DNA of 49,820 bases from a virus, in the IMG/VR virus record IMGVR_UViG_3300014824_000003; one strand, given 5' to 3'. Numbering within the stretch: position 1 is the stretch's first letter; each line of letters begins with the position of its first letter. Made by a program: the position numbers and the translations under genes. Shown here in pieces: positions 1 through 7,424 of this stretch. The notes below the pieces were generated by a model that did no database searches, had not been told where the DNA came from, and saw only the letters and a program-made list of their open reading frames with translations.

Positions 1-127
1 AAAATATCCGAAATTCTAAGCCCGGTATAAATACCAAACATAAAAAGAACATAATCACGTTCATTATTCGATTTTAGGTATTCGGCCAAATCCATCACAA
101 GATCCATGTCCCTGATCGGTTCGACCG
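1..127. repeat. Terminal direct repeat identical to 49694-49820 (circular closure overlap)
   Basis: Same 127-nt string read at both ends. It lies inside the tyrosine recombinase reading frame. Confidence 0.9.
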
Positions 128-134
128 TGTTCAT
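1..134 (-). CDS. 5' end of the tyrosine recombinase gene (wrap-around copy); reveals the true start ATG at 134
   Basis: An in-frame ATG 27 nt upstream of the MDLVMDL start adds MNTVEPIRD. SD AAGGGGGTG lies 5 nt upstream (141-149 on the plus strand). Confidence 0.7.
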   Translation of the reverse strand, partial: MNTVEPIRDMDLVMDLAEYLKSNNERDYVLFMFGIYTGLRISDI

Positions 135-160
135 CGGGCCACCCCCTTTTTTATGTACGC

Positions 161-187
161 AAAAAGCGCCGCCATTTCTGGCGACGC
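161..187 (-). terminator. Intrinsic terminator-like hairpin immediately upstream of the recombinase RBS
   Basis: Minus strand reads GCGTCGCC-AGAAAT-GGCGGCGC followed by TTTTTG. The 18-mer gccgccatttctggcgac recurs at 18146-18163. Confidence 0.5.
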
Positions 188-241
188 CTTTCAAGGAATT
201 TTTGATTCACTTATCAACGCTAATATATTAACACGGATTGA

Positions 242-295
242 CACGACATTTCCACGACATATTTTACGACAAAAACACGACATAAAACACGACAT
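242..295. repeat. Five direct iterons CACGACAT/TACGACAA with 11-12 bp phasing
   Basis: Copies start at 242, 253, 265, 276 and 288. Phased A5-6 tracts follow at about 330-385. Confidence 0.85.
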
Positions 296-389
296 GCAAT
301 TTTCGCGAAAATCCTTGTAAAATGTGGATTTCTTAAAAAATCAACGTTTCAAAAAGTGAAAAAATTTTCGTTTTAAAAAATTTTCATTT

Positions 390-839
390 TCAGATCAGCC
401 CTTTGTCCTTCATATCGCTTTCGATTCTCTGGAACTGGCGAACGGAAAGTCCGATTTCGTCCGCGGCGGCCGCTTGTGTCTTTTTTTGAATCACGCGACA
501 ATAATAAACCTGTGCTTCCATTCCGGAAAGTCCGGCATAGATTTTTTTCACGCGTCGCATGGTTCGGCGAAGATCTTTTCGTTCTTCCGTAAGCTGGTTT
601 ATCTTTTCCGTGTCACGGTTGATCATTTCCAGGCCTTCGGCGAATGAAATATGTGTCGAAGGGAAAGATTCCTTCGAATAGTCAATCCCACCAACGCCAG
701 AAGGGCCATACCAGCCACACATTTTTTTCACTTTTTCGATAGATCTTCGGTGATTCTTGATCTTCTCGTTGCATAGCATAATTTGAAGATCAATGTCTGT
801 AAAAAGATTCCTTTCGTTTGAATTCGATGGTTTCGCCAT
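390..839 (-). CDS. Putative late-gene transcriptional regulator with sigma-70 region-4-like C-terminal HTH (RinA/ArpU-like)
   Basis: 149 aa. C-terminus LSGMEAQVYYCRVIQKKTQAAAADEIGLSVRQFQRIE looks like a region-4 HTH. SD AAGGGGAAG. Located upstream of the packaging genes on the circular map. Confidence 0.45.
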   Translation of the reverse strand: MAKPSNSNERNLFTDIDLQIMLCNEKIKNHRRSIEKVKKMCGWYGPSGVGGIDYSKESFPSTHISFAEGLEMINRDTEKINQLTEERKDLRRTMRRVKKIYAGLSGMEAQVYYCRVIQKKTQAAAADEIGLSVRQFQRIESDMKDKGLI

Positions 840-967
840 TTTCAGCTTCCCCTTGCAATTATAACTTTTCGTGTTATAATTATTAAAGGCTACTTTTTAG
901 GGCGGAATTGCTGATCGGCGTTCCGTCTTTTTATTTTACCACTTATTTTTTGTCAAATCAAATACTT

Positions 968-1147
968 TTAGTAATATCCGGTTACTACAAGCCAGAAGCC
1001 TTCTTTTCCGTCTTTTCTATACAGAAAATCAGTTTCAACGCCAGATTTCACAAGTTCGTTCATCGTGTCGATCATGTCGTCCGGATCGTGGCACTTTATC
1101 GTGTCGCCGACTTTCAGGTCAGATTTCTTTTTCTTCTCCTGGGACAT
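968..1147 (-). CDS. Hypothetical protein (59 aa)
   Basis: ORF track 968-1156. The ATG at 1147 is preceded by SD GAAGGTGA. Confidence 0.5.
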   Translation of the reverse strand: MSQEKKKKSDLKVGDTIKCHDPDDMIDTMNELVKSGVETDFLYRKDGKEGFWLVVTGYY

Positions 1148-1334
1148 TCTTTTCACCTTCTTTCCAGTTTTTCACGCCGAAACTGCTATTATACCCAGCT
1201 TCACGAAGAATTTTCCGAACCCGGTCAAATTCCTTCTGTGAAAACTTTTCAATTTTTGCTACAACGACCGAATTTTCGACTTTTGCCGTATATCCGGCCT
1301 TTTCCAATATCAAAACCGCTTCTTCTTTGCTCAT
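1119..1334 (-). CDS. Hypothetical protein (71 aa)
   Basis: ORF track; packed co-directionally in the minus-strand operon. Confidence 0.5.
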   Translation of the reverse strand: MSKEEAVLILEKAGYTAKVENSVVVAKIEKFSQKEFDRVRKILREAGYNSSFGVKNWKEGEKNVPGEEKEI

Positions 1335-1340
1335 TTTTGA

Positions 1341-1580
1341 CTATCCTTTTGAATTTCTCATTTTCTGGATCTTCATGTTTTCTTTTCCGAATTCGCAATC
1401 TTCGAAATTGTCGCAATTCAGACATTTTTGTCCGGTCGCACACACATGGCACAAATTGTTATTGCAATCATAATCGGAATCGCTGTAATTCCCACATGAA
1501 AATTCGTTACAACGCCAGGCGCCGCACATTTTAGGATCATTAAAATTTTTCGCCATTTTCTTTTCCTTTCTTCGTTTCAT
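1341..1580 (-). CDS. Small Cys-rich protein (alternative start ATG 1556)
   Basis: 14 Cys in 79 aa (CGAWRCNEFSCG...CHVCATGQKCLNCDNFEDC). ATGA overlap with the upstream stop. Internal ATG has SD GAAAGGAAAAG. Confidence 0.55.
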   Translation of the reverse strand: MKRRKEKKMAKNFNDPKMCGAWRCNEFSCGNYSDSDYDCNNNLCHVCATGQKCLNCDNFEDCEFGKENMKIQKMRNSKG

Positions 1581-2302
1581 TCAAGTAGATAATCGGTCGT
1601 TACTCCTAGCGTGACCGCTATTTTCTTGAATTCTGTTATCTTTGGTAATCTTTCGGCGTTTATGTATCTGCTGATAGATACTTCCGAAATTCCGGTCGCG
1701 GTGGCTAATTCTCTTTGTGTCATTCCCTTGTCGTAAATCGTCTGTTTTAATCTATTACTAAAGCTTTGAACCGCGATTCCATCTTCCGAAAGCGTCGCCT
1801 TCTTCTGTTCTGTTTTTCGTTCCCTGGCCGCCGATCGAAACATCATAAGCAACATTTCAGAAACCGGACGCGTTCTGTCTTTTCTCCTGGCGTTTTTAAC
1901 AGATTTCAGATCGTACCAGTCGCCGAAATGGCTTTTGCATTTCGGAACAAATACGCCGACATTGTACGGTATTTCTCCCTTGACTTCGTCGAATACGTTT
2001 TCAGGCATGACATAATAATTAAAATCACCTAGAAAATTATGTCCGTTTTTCGAATGAAAATCATCGACCGACGATTTTACTTCAAAACAATAAAAATCAC
2101 CTTTTTCGATTCCAGAAACACTATTATTAACTGGCTTAAACCTCATAAAATCCACACGGCCGGCCGCCGTTGTGGAATAATCGAAAGTTACTTCTTTCGC
2201 CCAGTATATCCTTGTGTCGTTATTAGGGTTTATGTTTTTTTCGGTTGAAATTGATAATATTTTTGTTATTTCCGGCCGGCTCATTCCGTCAAATTCAATC
2301 AT
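1577..2302 (-). CDS. PD-(D/E)xK nuclease-like (MmcB-like) N-terminal domain fused to a C-terminal XRE-type HTH
   Basis: Motifs GRVDFMRF...CFEVKSSVDDF resemble a PD-(D/E)xK core. C-terminus MTQRELATATGISEVSISRYINAERLPK is an HTH. ATG 2302 has a GGGGG SD. Confidence 0.45.
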   Translation of the reverse strand: MIEFDGMSRPEITKILSISTEKNINPNNDTRIYWAKEVTFDYSTTAAGRVDFMRFKPVNNSVSGIEKGDFYCFEVKSSVDDFHSKNGHNFLGDFNYYVMPENVFDEVKGEIPYNVGVFVPKCKSHFGDWYDLKSVKNARRKDRTRPVSEMLLMMFRSAARERKTEQKKATLSEDGIAVQSFSNRLKQTIYDKGMTQRELATATGISEVSISRYINAERLPKITEFKKIAVTLGVTTDYLLE

Positions 2303-2579
2303 CAAGTACAACCCCCAGTTCCACAATTCTTTTATTGTTTTTGATAGACATTGTTTCGATCTGTTTTTTATAAAGTGCGCCGTAAACCTGATAGTCTTTT
2401 TTCAGTGTCAGGAAATATCTTTTATGTGGATCTCTTTCATGTAGTTTTATCAAGCTATTAAGCAAGTGATCCGTGACGCCTTTGTCAATGACCGTTATAT
2501 CTATTCTGGCGGCCGCGCGGTTGAATTCGCGGCAAATAACGACATATTCAGGCTTTTTATTTTTATTTTTTCTTGCCAT
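2295..2579 (-). CDS. Hypothetical protein (94 aa)
   Basis: ORF track; operon context. Confidence 0.5.
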   Translation of the reverse strand: MARKNKNKKPEYVVICREFNRAAARIDITVIDKGVTDHLLNSLIKLHERDPHKRYFLTLKKDYQVYGALYKKQIETMSIKNNKRIVELGVVLDD

Positions 2580-2583
2580 CTGT

Positions 2584-3019
2584 TTATATTCCTTTCCGGT
2601 TATAGATAACCACCATCGAAGGGAACGGGGCGGCGTTTTTGCTGTTTCCGAATTTCAATCTTCCGCGAATGAAACGAATTTCCGCTTTATGGTAAATATA
2701 TTCGTGGAACCATTTTGTATCGGTTCTGGCCGGAAGTAACATCACCACAAGATTTCCGTGTTCTTCGTTTGTTCTGAAAGCTTTTTCAACCCAGTTTCCA
2801 ATTTCGCGGCCGTAAGGCGGATTTACAAAAACGTTATGCCCCCCCCCACGATTGCAAAAGGCCATTTGTGTTTTTATCAAAATACAAATCGCACTTGTGA
2901 TTGTATTCGTCCGCGCATGGATCAAGGTCAAAATGAAATTCAGAATTTAATTTCTGGTAAAAGTCCGCTGGTGTCGCCCACGCGTCCGTTTTACTCGAAA
3001 ACATAACTTCTGTATTCAT
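2584..3019 (-). pseudogene. dam: Phage Dam-family DNA N6-adenine methyltransferase, reading frame split by a G9 tract
   Basis: ORF 2834-3019 (ATPADFY...DLDPCA...LLQSWGG) and ORF 2584-2931 (NVFVNPPYGREI...ARTDTKWFH) are the two halves of one methylase. Removing one G gives SWGGHNVFVNPPYG in frame. Confidence 0.75.
2839..2847. repeat. C9/G9 homopolymer at the dam frameshift point
   Basis: Nine consecutive C on the plus strand, counted directly. Confidence 0.9.
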
Positions 3020-3038
3020 TTTTTCTTTTTCTCCTTTG

Positions 3039-3260
3039 CTATTCCTCTATCTGTGACTTATCAAAAGTCGTTATTGACGTTACGCCGTTTTTTCGCTCCA
3101 CTTCGGTTCCGACTGTAATTTCAAGATTGATCGGTTCCTGATTCTGTAAATCGAACACCACCAGCGGCGCGCCATGCTCCACGGCCACGGTGATTCCGGT
3201 TTCCTGGGTGGCTTCCGTCATAAGTGACATAAATCTTTTAATTCTTTCTTCCAGTGTCAT
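3039..3260 (-). CDS. Hypothetical protein (73 aa)
   Basis: ORF track; SD GAAAGGAAAAG. Confidence 0.5.
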   Translation of the reverse strand: MTLEERIKRFMSLMTEATQETGITVAVEHGAPLVVFDLQNQEPINLEITVGTEVERKNGVTSITTFDKSQIEE

Positions 3261-3420
3261 TTTTCTTTTCCTTTCTACTTTTCAACTTCGACAACCATTC
3301 TTCTTGTTCAAGATCTTCGCGGATTTTTTCGTCGTCTGTCTGTTGTGCTATGATTGCACCACATACGAAAGCGAATAAAATCATAATCGCGAAGGCTCCG
3401 ATTACTGCCAGAATCTTCAT
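3238..3420 (-). CDS. Small membrane protein (60 aa)
   Basis: N-terminal hydrophobic helix ILAVIGAFAIMILFAFVCGAIIA; SD AAAGGGAAG. Confidence 0.5.
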   Translation of the reverse strand: MKILAVIGAFAIMILFAFVCGAIIAQQTDDEKIREDLEQEEWLSKLKSRKEKKNDTGRKN

Positions 3421-4169
3421 TCTTCTTCCCTTTCAAATTTCCCGTCTATGTATTTATAGGTTTCATATGCCGGTATTGTGTAGAAATTCGGATAAAGATC
3501 ATGTTTTTCAAGCCAGGCATTGAATACAACGTCAAGCTGTTCTTCCAGTTCCTCGCGCTGTTCCTTTGTTACGTCGTCAAGGTAATTTTCCGCATATTCT
3601 CCGCCTTCGTCGTATGCGTCAGTCTGAACAGCTTCGATCACATCATATCCACAAGATAAAAGTGACGGCCGGTAAAGTTCACATTCTCCGACGAAGACGC
3701 GTTCCGGAAGAACAACCTTATATCCTTTCTTTCTGGATTCGATCATGTATTCAATTTCGTTCCTGGCGTCTTCCAGCGCTTCCGCGGCTGTGTCGTACAT
3801 TGCGGAATAATTTTCGCCGTCCATGCTATACGCAACCTTATTTCGCGTATATTTCTTAATTTCACACCAGCCTTCTTCCGCGATATTACACGATTTATGA
3901 AGTGGCTTCGCCGTTTCGATCGGGAATGAATAATCGAATTCGATCAGCGTTTCCGGCTTCGGATTGATTTTGTTAAGTTTTGCATGTGTGATTAAATATT
4001 CAGCGTCCTTCACTTCGAATTTTCCAACAATTCCGATATTCAGGATATAACAGATCACTTCGGATCCGGATTCAACCGGTATCGGATTCTTTGTTTCAAT
4101 GGTTATCGTTTTGCTTTTCTTTAGTGCTTCCCACTGTTCCGGTGTTATGTCGATCAGTATTTCGCCCAT
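3417..4169 (-). CDS. Hypothetical protein (250 aa from ATG 4169; the ORF extends to 4211)
   Basis: Strong SD AAAAGGAGAG 9 nt before ATG 4169. Confidence 0.55.
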   Translation of the reverse strand: MGEILIDITPEQWEALKKSKTITIETKNPIPVESGSEVICYILNIGIVGKFEVKDAEYLITHAKLNKINPKPETLIEFDYSFPIETAKPLHKSCNIAEEGWCEIKKYTRNKVAYSMDGENYSAMYDTAAEALEDARNEIEYMIESRKKGYKVVLPERVFVGECELYRPSLLSCGYDVIEAVQTDAYDEGGEYAENYLDDVTKEQREELEEQLDVVFNAWLEKHDLYPNFYTIPAYETYKYIDGKFEREEE

Positions 4170-4284
4170 TTCTTTTTGCTCTCCTTTTCTTGATTTTATC
4201 AATTCCGGCACTTAAAGCGGCCAGCGACAACATAAAAAGATATGCTGTCGCCCTACCAAGAAATTTTATAAACTCCTCGTCCAT
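4096..4284 (-). CDS. Small membrane protein (62 aa)
   Basis: ATG 4284 is preceded by TAAGGCGGTG, which contains the mazG stop codon. Has a TM-like segment ATAYLFMLSLAALSAGI. Its 3' end overlaps the next gene by 74 nt. Confidence 0.4.
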   Translation of the reverse strand: MDEEFIKFLGRATAYLFMLSLAALSAGIDKIKKRRAKRNGRNTDRHNTGTVGSTKEKQNDNH

Positions 4285-4294
4285 TTGCACCGCC

Positions 4295-4705
4295 TTAAAT
4301 GTCGTCTTCGGATCTGTTGTTTGCTCTCCGCTCCGAAAATCCTTCCGGATATCTGGCTTTTAGTTTGTCAATGTTCATCTGGAAGATCTCGTCCAGATTG
4401 AAACCCATTGAATGGCAAATATCCGCGATATACCAGCAAACGTCGCCGATTTCTTTCTTCATGTGTTCGCGATCCAGTGGCTTCTTGTGGAAGATCCACT
4501 TTTTTACAAGGTCGTTAAGTTCTCCGGCTTCTCCGGAAAGCCCAAGGCACCCGTTAAGAAGTCCGCCGGCGTCAATTTCGTTTTCGATCATGACGTCACC
4601 TTTGTATTTGGCTCCGGTTTCTTCTCTGATCCATTCTTCCAGGCGATCCGTTCCCTTCCCGTCGTTTGTTCTCATTGCTAAATTCTGATATTCTTTTGCT
4701 TTCAT
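4295..4705 (-). CDS. mazG: MazG-like nucleoside triphosphate pyrophosphohydrolase
   Basis: LSGEAGELNDLVKK...EIGDVCWYIADICHSMGFNLDEIFQMNIDKLKARY matches the MazG EEXXE/D motif pattern. Confidence 0.75.
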   Translation of the reverse strand: MKAKEYQNLAMRTNDGKGTDRLEEWIREETGAKYKGDVMIENEIDAGGLLNGCLGLSGEAGELNDLVKKWIFHKKPLDREHMKKEIGDVCWYIADICHSMGFNLDEIFQMNIDKLKARYPEGFSERRANNRSEDDI

Positions 4706-4722
4706 TTCGTTTTTCCTTTCTG

Positions 4723-4944
4723 TTATCTGTAAACCGTTCCGGACTTTCTATCCCGGAAAGCGATTCTGTTATCAATGTCATACCCATAAGCCCTGGCGAT
4801 TTTGTGGAACATATCGACCATTTCTGTAACTTCATACGGCGGCTGGTATGACGATTTCGGCGGCTTATCTGCCGCCCTGATTGCTGTTTCCGCCGTTTTA
4901 TCACGATAGCCTTCGGCATTGTATTTCAAATCGTCTTTATTCAT
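4723..4944 (-). CDS. Hypothetical protein (73 aa)
   Basis: ORF track; SD TAGGGGGCG. Confidence 0.5.
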   Translation of the reverse strand: MNKDDLKYNAEGYRDKTAETAIRAADKPPKSSYQPPYEVTEMVDMFHKIARAYGYDIDNRIAFRDRKSGTVYR

Positions 4945-4953
4945 CGGCGCCCC

Positions 4954-5385
4954 CTAATTGAACGGAAGTTCGCTGTCTACGCCTTCCGGAATATCCATGA
5001 AGCTGTTATCTGGTGCCGGCTGTGGCTCCGGTTGTCCTTCTACCTGGCGACGCACTTCTTCTTCGGCCTTTGTTTCCGCAAAATTCAATTCTTCGACGAA
5101 TACTGTCTTTGTATAAATCTTCTTTCCGGTTTCGCGGTCGATATAGCTTCCGGACTGTAACGGCCCCATGACTTCGATTTTCTTTCCATCTCTCAAATAC
5201 TGTCGCGCCAGTTCGGCAATATTACCAGTACAAATACAGTCGATAAAATCGACCGCCTGGTCGCCGTCTTTGATCTTTCTGTTTCTCTTACACATCATCG
5301 TAAAGGCTACGAACGAAGCCTTGTCCTCTTTGTAACGGATTGTCGGATCTTTTATCACTTTTCCGGTTCCGATCCATTTATTCAT
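4954..5385 (-). CDS. ssb: Single-stranded DNA-binding protein
   Basis: OB-fold-like N-terminus (MNKWIGTGKVIKDPTIRY...) and acidic C-terminal tail ending DSELPFN. Confidence 0.8.
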   Translation of the reverse strand: MNKWIGTGKVIKDPTIRYKEDKASFVAFTMMCKRNRKIKDGDQAVDFIDCICTGNIAELARQYLRDGKKIEVMGPLQSGSYIDRETGKKIYTKTVFVEELNFAETKAEEEVRRQVEGQPEPQPAPDNSFMDIPEGVDSELPFN

Positions 5386-6095
5386 TTTCTTTTTCTCCCC
5401 TTTCCTTTTCTTCGCATAGGATAACCATGTAATTTCAGCCAGTTATTCGGGCGGATCCTGGTTTCGATCAGTTTATCCGCTTCATGTGCCGCGACTCTTA
5501 CAAGTGACGTCATGGCGTTTATTGCTTCGGTCGCCGATACTCCGATTCCGGAAAATCGTCTTGACATTTCCAGCAATTCCGCGCCGGCCGCGTCCGCGTC
5601 GTAGCTGTGGACGCCGTTTTCTTCCGCTATATGCCTAGCTTGTGCCGCCGCTTCGATCAGGTGACACAAATAATCGTGAAATCCCTGATCCGGAAGCGTT
5701 GCGACCTTGCGGCCTATCATTTCCGCCATGTCTTCGGGGATATAAAACATGATAGCGCCGAACACTTCTGAAAGTGCTATCACATAGATCTTGAACAGAT
5801 CCAGTCCGGTATCATAAACAAATTCAAGCTTCGCTTCGGAAACTCTGTGAAGTTCTTTTCCGAACTGGAATTCACACGTTCCGATCGCCCTTAAAATCAT
5901 TGCGTCGGTCGGAACGCTTTCGCCAGGTGATTTCGCTTTAATTTCTGGCTGTTGCTTTGAATACTGTGATTTTTCTTCCCTTGCAATACTTTGCAAGTTT
6001 TTTTCGCTTTCGCTCTGCGGCTTCTGGCGTGTCCCGAATAACCGCCCTTTCATCGCCTTCAACGATGATAAAATATTTTTCTTTGCAATTTTCAA
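5382..6095 (-). CDS. Hypothetical protein (237 aa with TTG start; the N-terminal 65 aa are doubtful)
   Basis: ORF track. The start region competes with the small ATG-initiated ORF 5938-6102. An internal ATG lies at 5900. Confidence 0.5.
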   Translation of the reverse strand: MKIAKKNILSSLKAMKGRLFGTRQKPQSESEKNLQSIAREEKSQYSKQQPEIKAKSPGESVPTDAMILRAIGTCEFQFGKELHRVSEAKLEFVYDTGLDLFKIYVIALSEVFGAIMFYIPEDMAEMIGRKVATLPDQGFHDYLCHLIEAAAQARHIAEENGVHSYDADAAGAELLEMSRRFSGIGVSATEAINAMTSLVRVAAHEADKLIETRIRPNNWLKLHGYPMRRKGKGRKRK

Positions 6096-6102
6096 AATTC
6101 AT
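5938..6102 (-). CDS. Possible small protein (54 aa, MNFENCKEKYFIIVEGDERAVIRDTPEAAERKRKK...), alternative to the 5' end of 5382-6095
   Basis: ATG 6102 sits 4 nt after SD GGAAGGTGG. Translated by hand. Below the 60-aa cutoff of the ORF track. Confidence 0.35.
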   Translation of the reverse strand: MNFENCKEKYFIIVEGDERAVIRDTPEAAERKRKKLAKYCKGRKITVFKATARN

Positions 6103-6414
6103 TCAACCACCTTCCGTTATTCTCATTTGTCCGGGAATCTGTTCGTCGGACGTGTAGAAAGCCGGTGAACCGTCCAATTCCTGGCCGATAAACATATTTG
6201 TTTCAGTCGCCCGGACTGGCGCTTTGTTCACTCTCGTTTCAATCTGGATCTTCATGTTCTTTCGATCTTTCGCCGGCCGGAATGTTATTTTCACGGTCAG
6301 CGTTCGCCTTGCCTGGGGCGTTGTCCCTTCGTCCCGGATATTATCCAGAATTTCGTTGATCCCTTTCCGGATCAACCTTGTTAATTCACCACCGGCGAAT
6401 TTATCAAGATTCAT
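6103..6414 (-). CDS. Conserved phage protein (103 aa; family often labelled phage replication terminator-like)
   Basis: MNLDKFAGGELTRLIRKGINEILDNIRDEGT...TLTVKITFRP... resembles a recurrent Firmicutes prophage protein. The start at 6414 overlaps the upstream stop. The longer 189-aa track ORF was rejected. Confidence 0.4.
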   Translation of the reverse strand: MNLDKFAGGELTRLIRKGINEILDNIRDEGTTPQARRTLTVKITFRPAKDRKNMKIQIETRVNKAPVRATETNMFIGQELDGSPAFYTSDEQIPGQMRITEGG

Positions 6415-7102
6415 ACGCCAGCCGTTCCTTGTCGCCGGCGTTCTGGAACGCCTTTCCGTCAACATATCCAGCCTGGCGAAGAACGTCGTTTTCGCGCTTT
6501 TGCTGATATTCGCGGCGGTTATATTCTTCCATTCCTGGAATTTCATCGACAAATTTAACAACTGCTTCCGGAACCAGAAGCGCCAGGGCGAAGGATTCAC
6601 TTTGTTTTTTCTGTTCTTCAAAATTCCGGTAAAGCCCGGAACAGAATCCATCGACATAAGCCATCTTTTCATTTCTTCCGAATTCGCGTTCCGCGTCGCG
6701 GTATATCGCGCGAAGCGTCGCCATTCTCTTTCGGATCACCTTTACGGCATAATTGAAAACGTTGATACTGATTTCCGCGTCTTCTTCGAAGCCGAAGAAT
6801 TTCAGCCGGTACGCGCCGCCGCTGTTGCACCTTTGCGATATGATCGCGCGGCACCTGAAATTATTTGCAATCAGGGAACCAACATCGACACACCAGTCAT
6901 CGCGGAACATCGGTGAAGTAAAGCAAACGACCGGGCGTTCCTTCTTTCGTTCCGGATCAATGCGATCCTGTTCGATTTCGTATTTTGCCATTAACTCCTG
7001 GGCTTTCAACATTGCCGCTTTTGCTTCATTCTCATTGTCTGAACCGGACAAGGCGATCAGTTTTTCGATTTTTTCAATGATTTTGTTTTCTTCGTCATTC
7101 AT
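6404..7102 (-). CDS. DUF2786-like protein
   Basis: N-terminus IIEKIEKLIALSGSDNENEAKAAMLKAQELMAKY is the characteristic DUF2786 helix pattern. Confidence 0.55.
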   Translation of the reverse strand: MNDEENKIIEKIEKLIALSGSDNENEAKAAMLKAQELMAKYEIEQDRIDPERKKERPVVCFTSPMFRDDWCVDVGSLIANNFRCRAIISQRCNSGGAYRLKFFGFEEDAEISINVFNYAVKVIRKRMATLRAIYRDAEREFGRNEKMAYVDGFCSGLYRNFEEQKKQSESFALALLVPEAVVKFVDEIPGMEEYNRREYQQKRENDVLRQAGYVDGKAFQNAGDKERLAYES

Positions 7103-7424
7103 CGTTTGTCCTTTCCGGGAACTCTACCTTCAACGCCTTGTCGTCAATGTAAAGATCCGCCGATATTTTCCGGCTGTTATTGCCGTATAACTGTTTTAAT
7201 TCTTCCAGGTTATCGTTCACGGCGTCGAATTCCAAGCCGTGAACCTTGCAAAACTCAACCGCCTTTTGAAGTGCTTCGTCCGCGCGGCACGTCCACAAGA
7301 TAACCTTGTCGCCGCGTTTTCTAAGGCATATCAGCCAGTTTATAAGCGCTTCGTTCGGTTCTCCGACTTCCGGCCACGTTCCGGCGGAAGCAAGGCACCC
7401 GTCAAAATCTACTGCGATAATCAT
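7095..7424 (-). CDS. Small HAD-superfamily-like hydrolase
   Basis: MIIAVDFDGCL (DxDG motif I) ... ILWTCR ... YIDDKA. Confidence 0.45.
   Translation of the reverse strand: MIIAVDFDGCLASAGTWPEVGEPNEALINWLICLRKRGDKVILWTCRADEALQKAVEFCKVHGLEFDAVNDNLEELKQLYGNNSRKISADLYIDDKALKVEFPERTNDE

Noticed and set aside
168-185. 18-mer gccgccatttctggcgac shared with 18146-18163 as a possible recombination or mobile-element signature
   Set aside because: Both copies form hairpins flanked by A/T runs at operon ends. The simplest reading is a reused intrinsic terminator. There is no flanking homology beyond the hairpin.
908-1534. 208-aa plus-strand ORF
   Set aside because: It is antisense to three tightly packed minus-strand genes that have good SDs. 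Its product is hydrophobic and low-complexity, and it has no RBS.
6103-6672. 189-aa version of the ORF overlapping the DUF2786 gene
   Set aside because: The 5' 270 nt overlap a better-supported gene in another frame. The internal ATG at 6414 abuts the upstream stop and begins the conserved-looking part of the protein.
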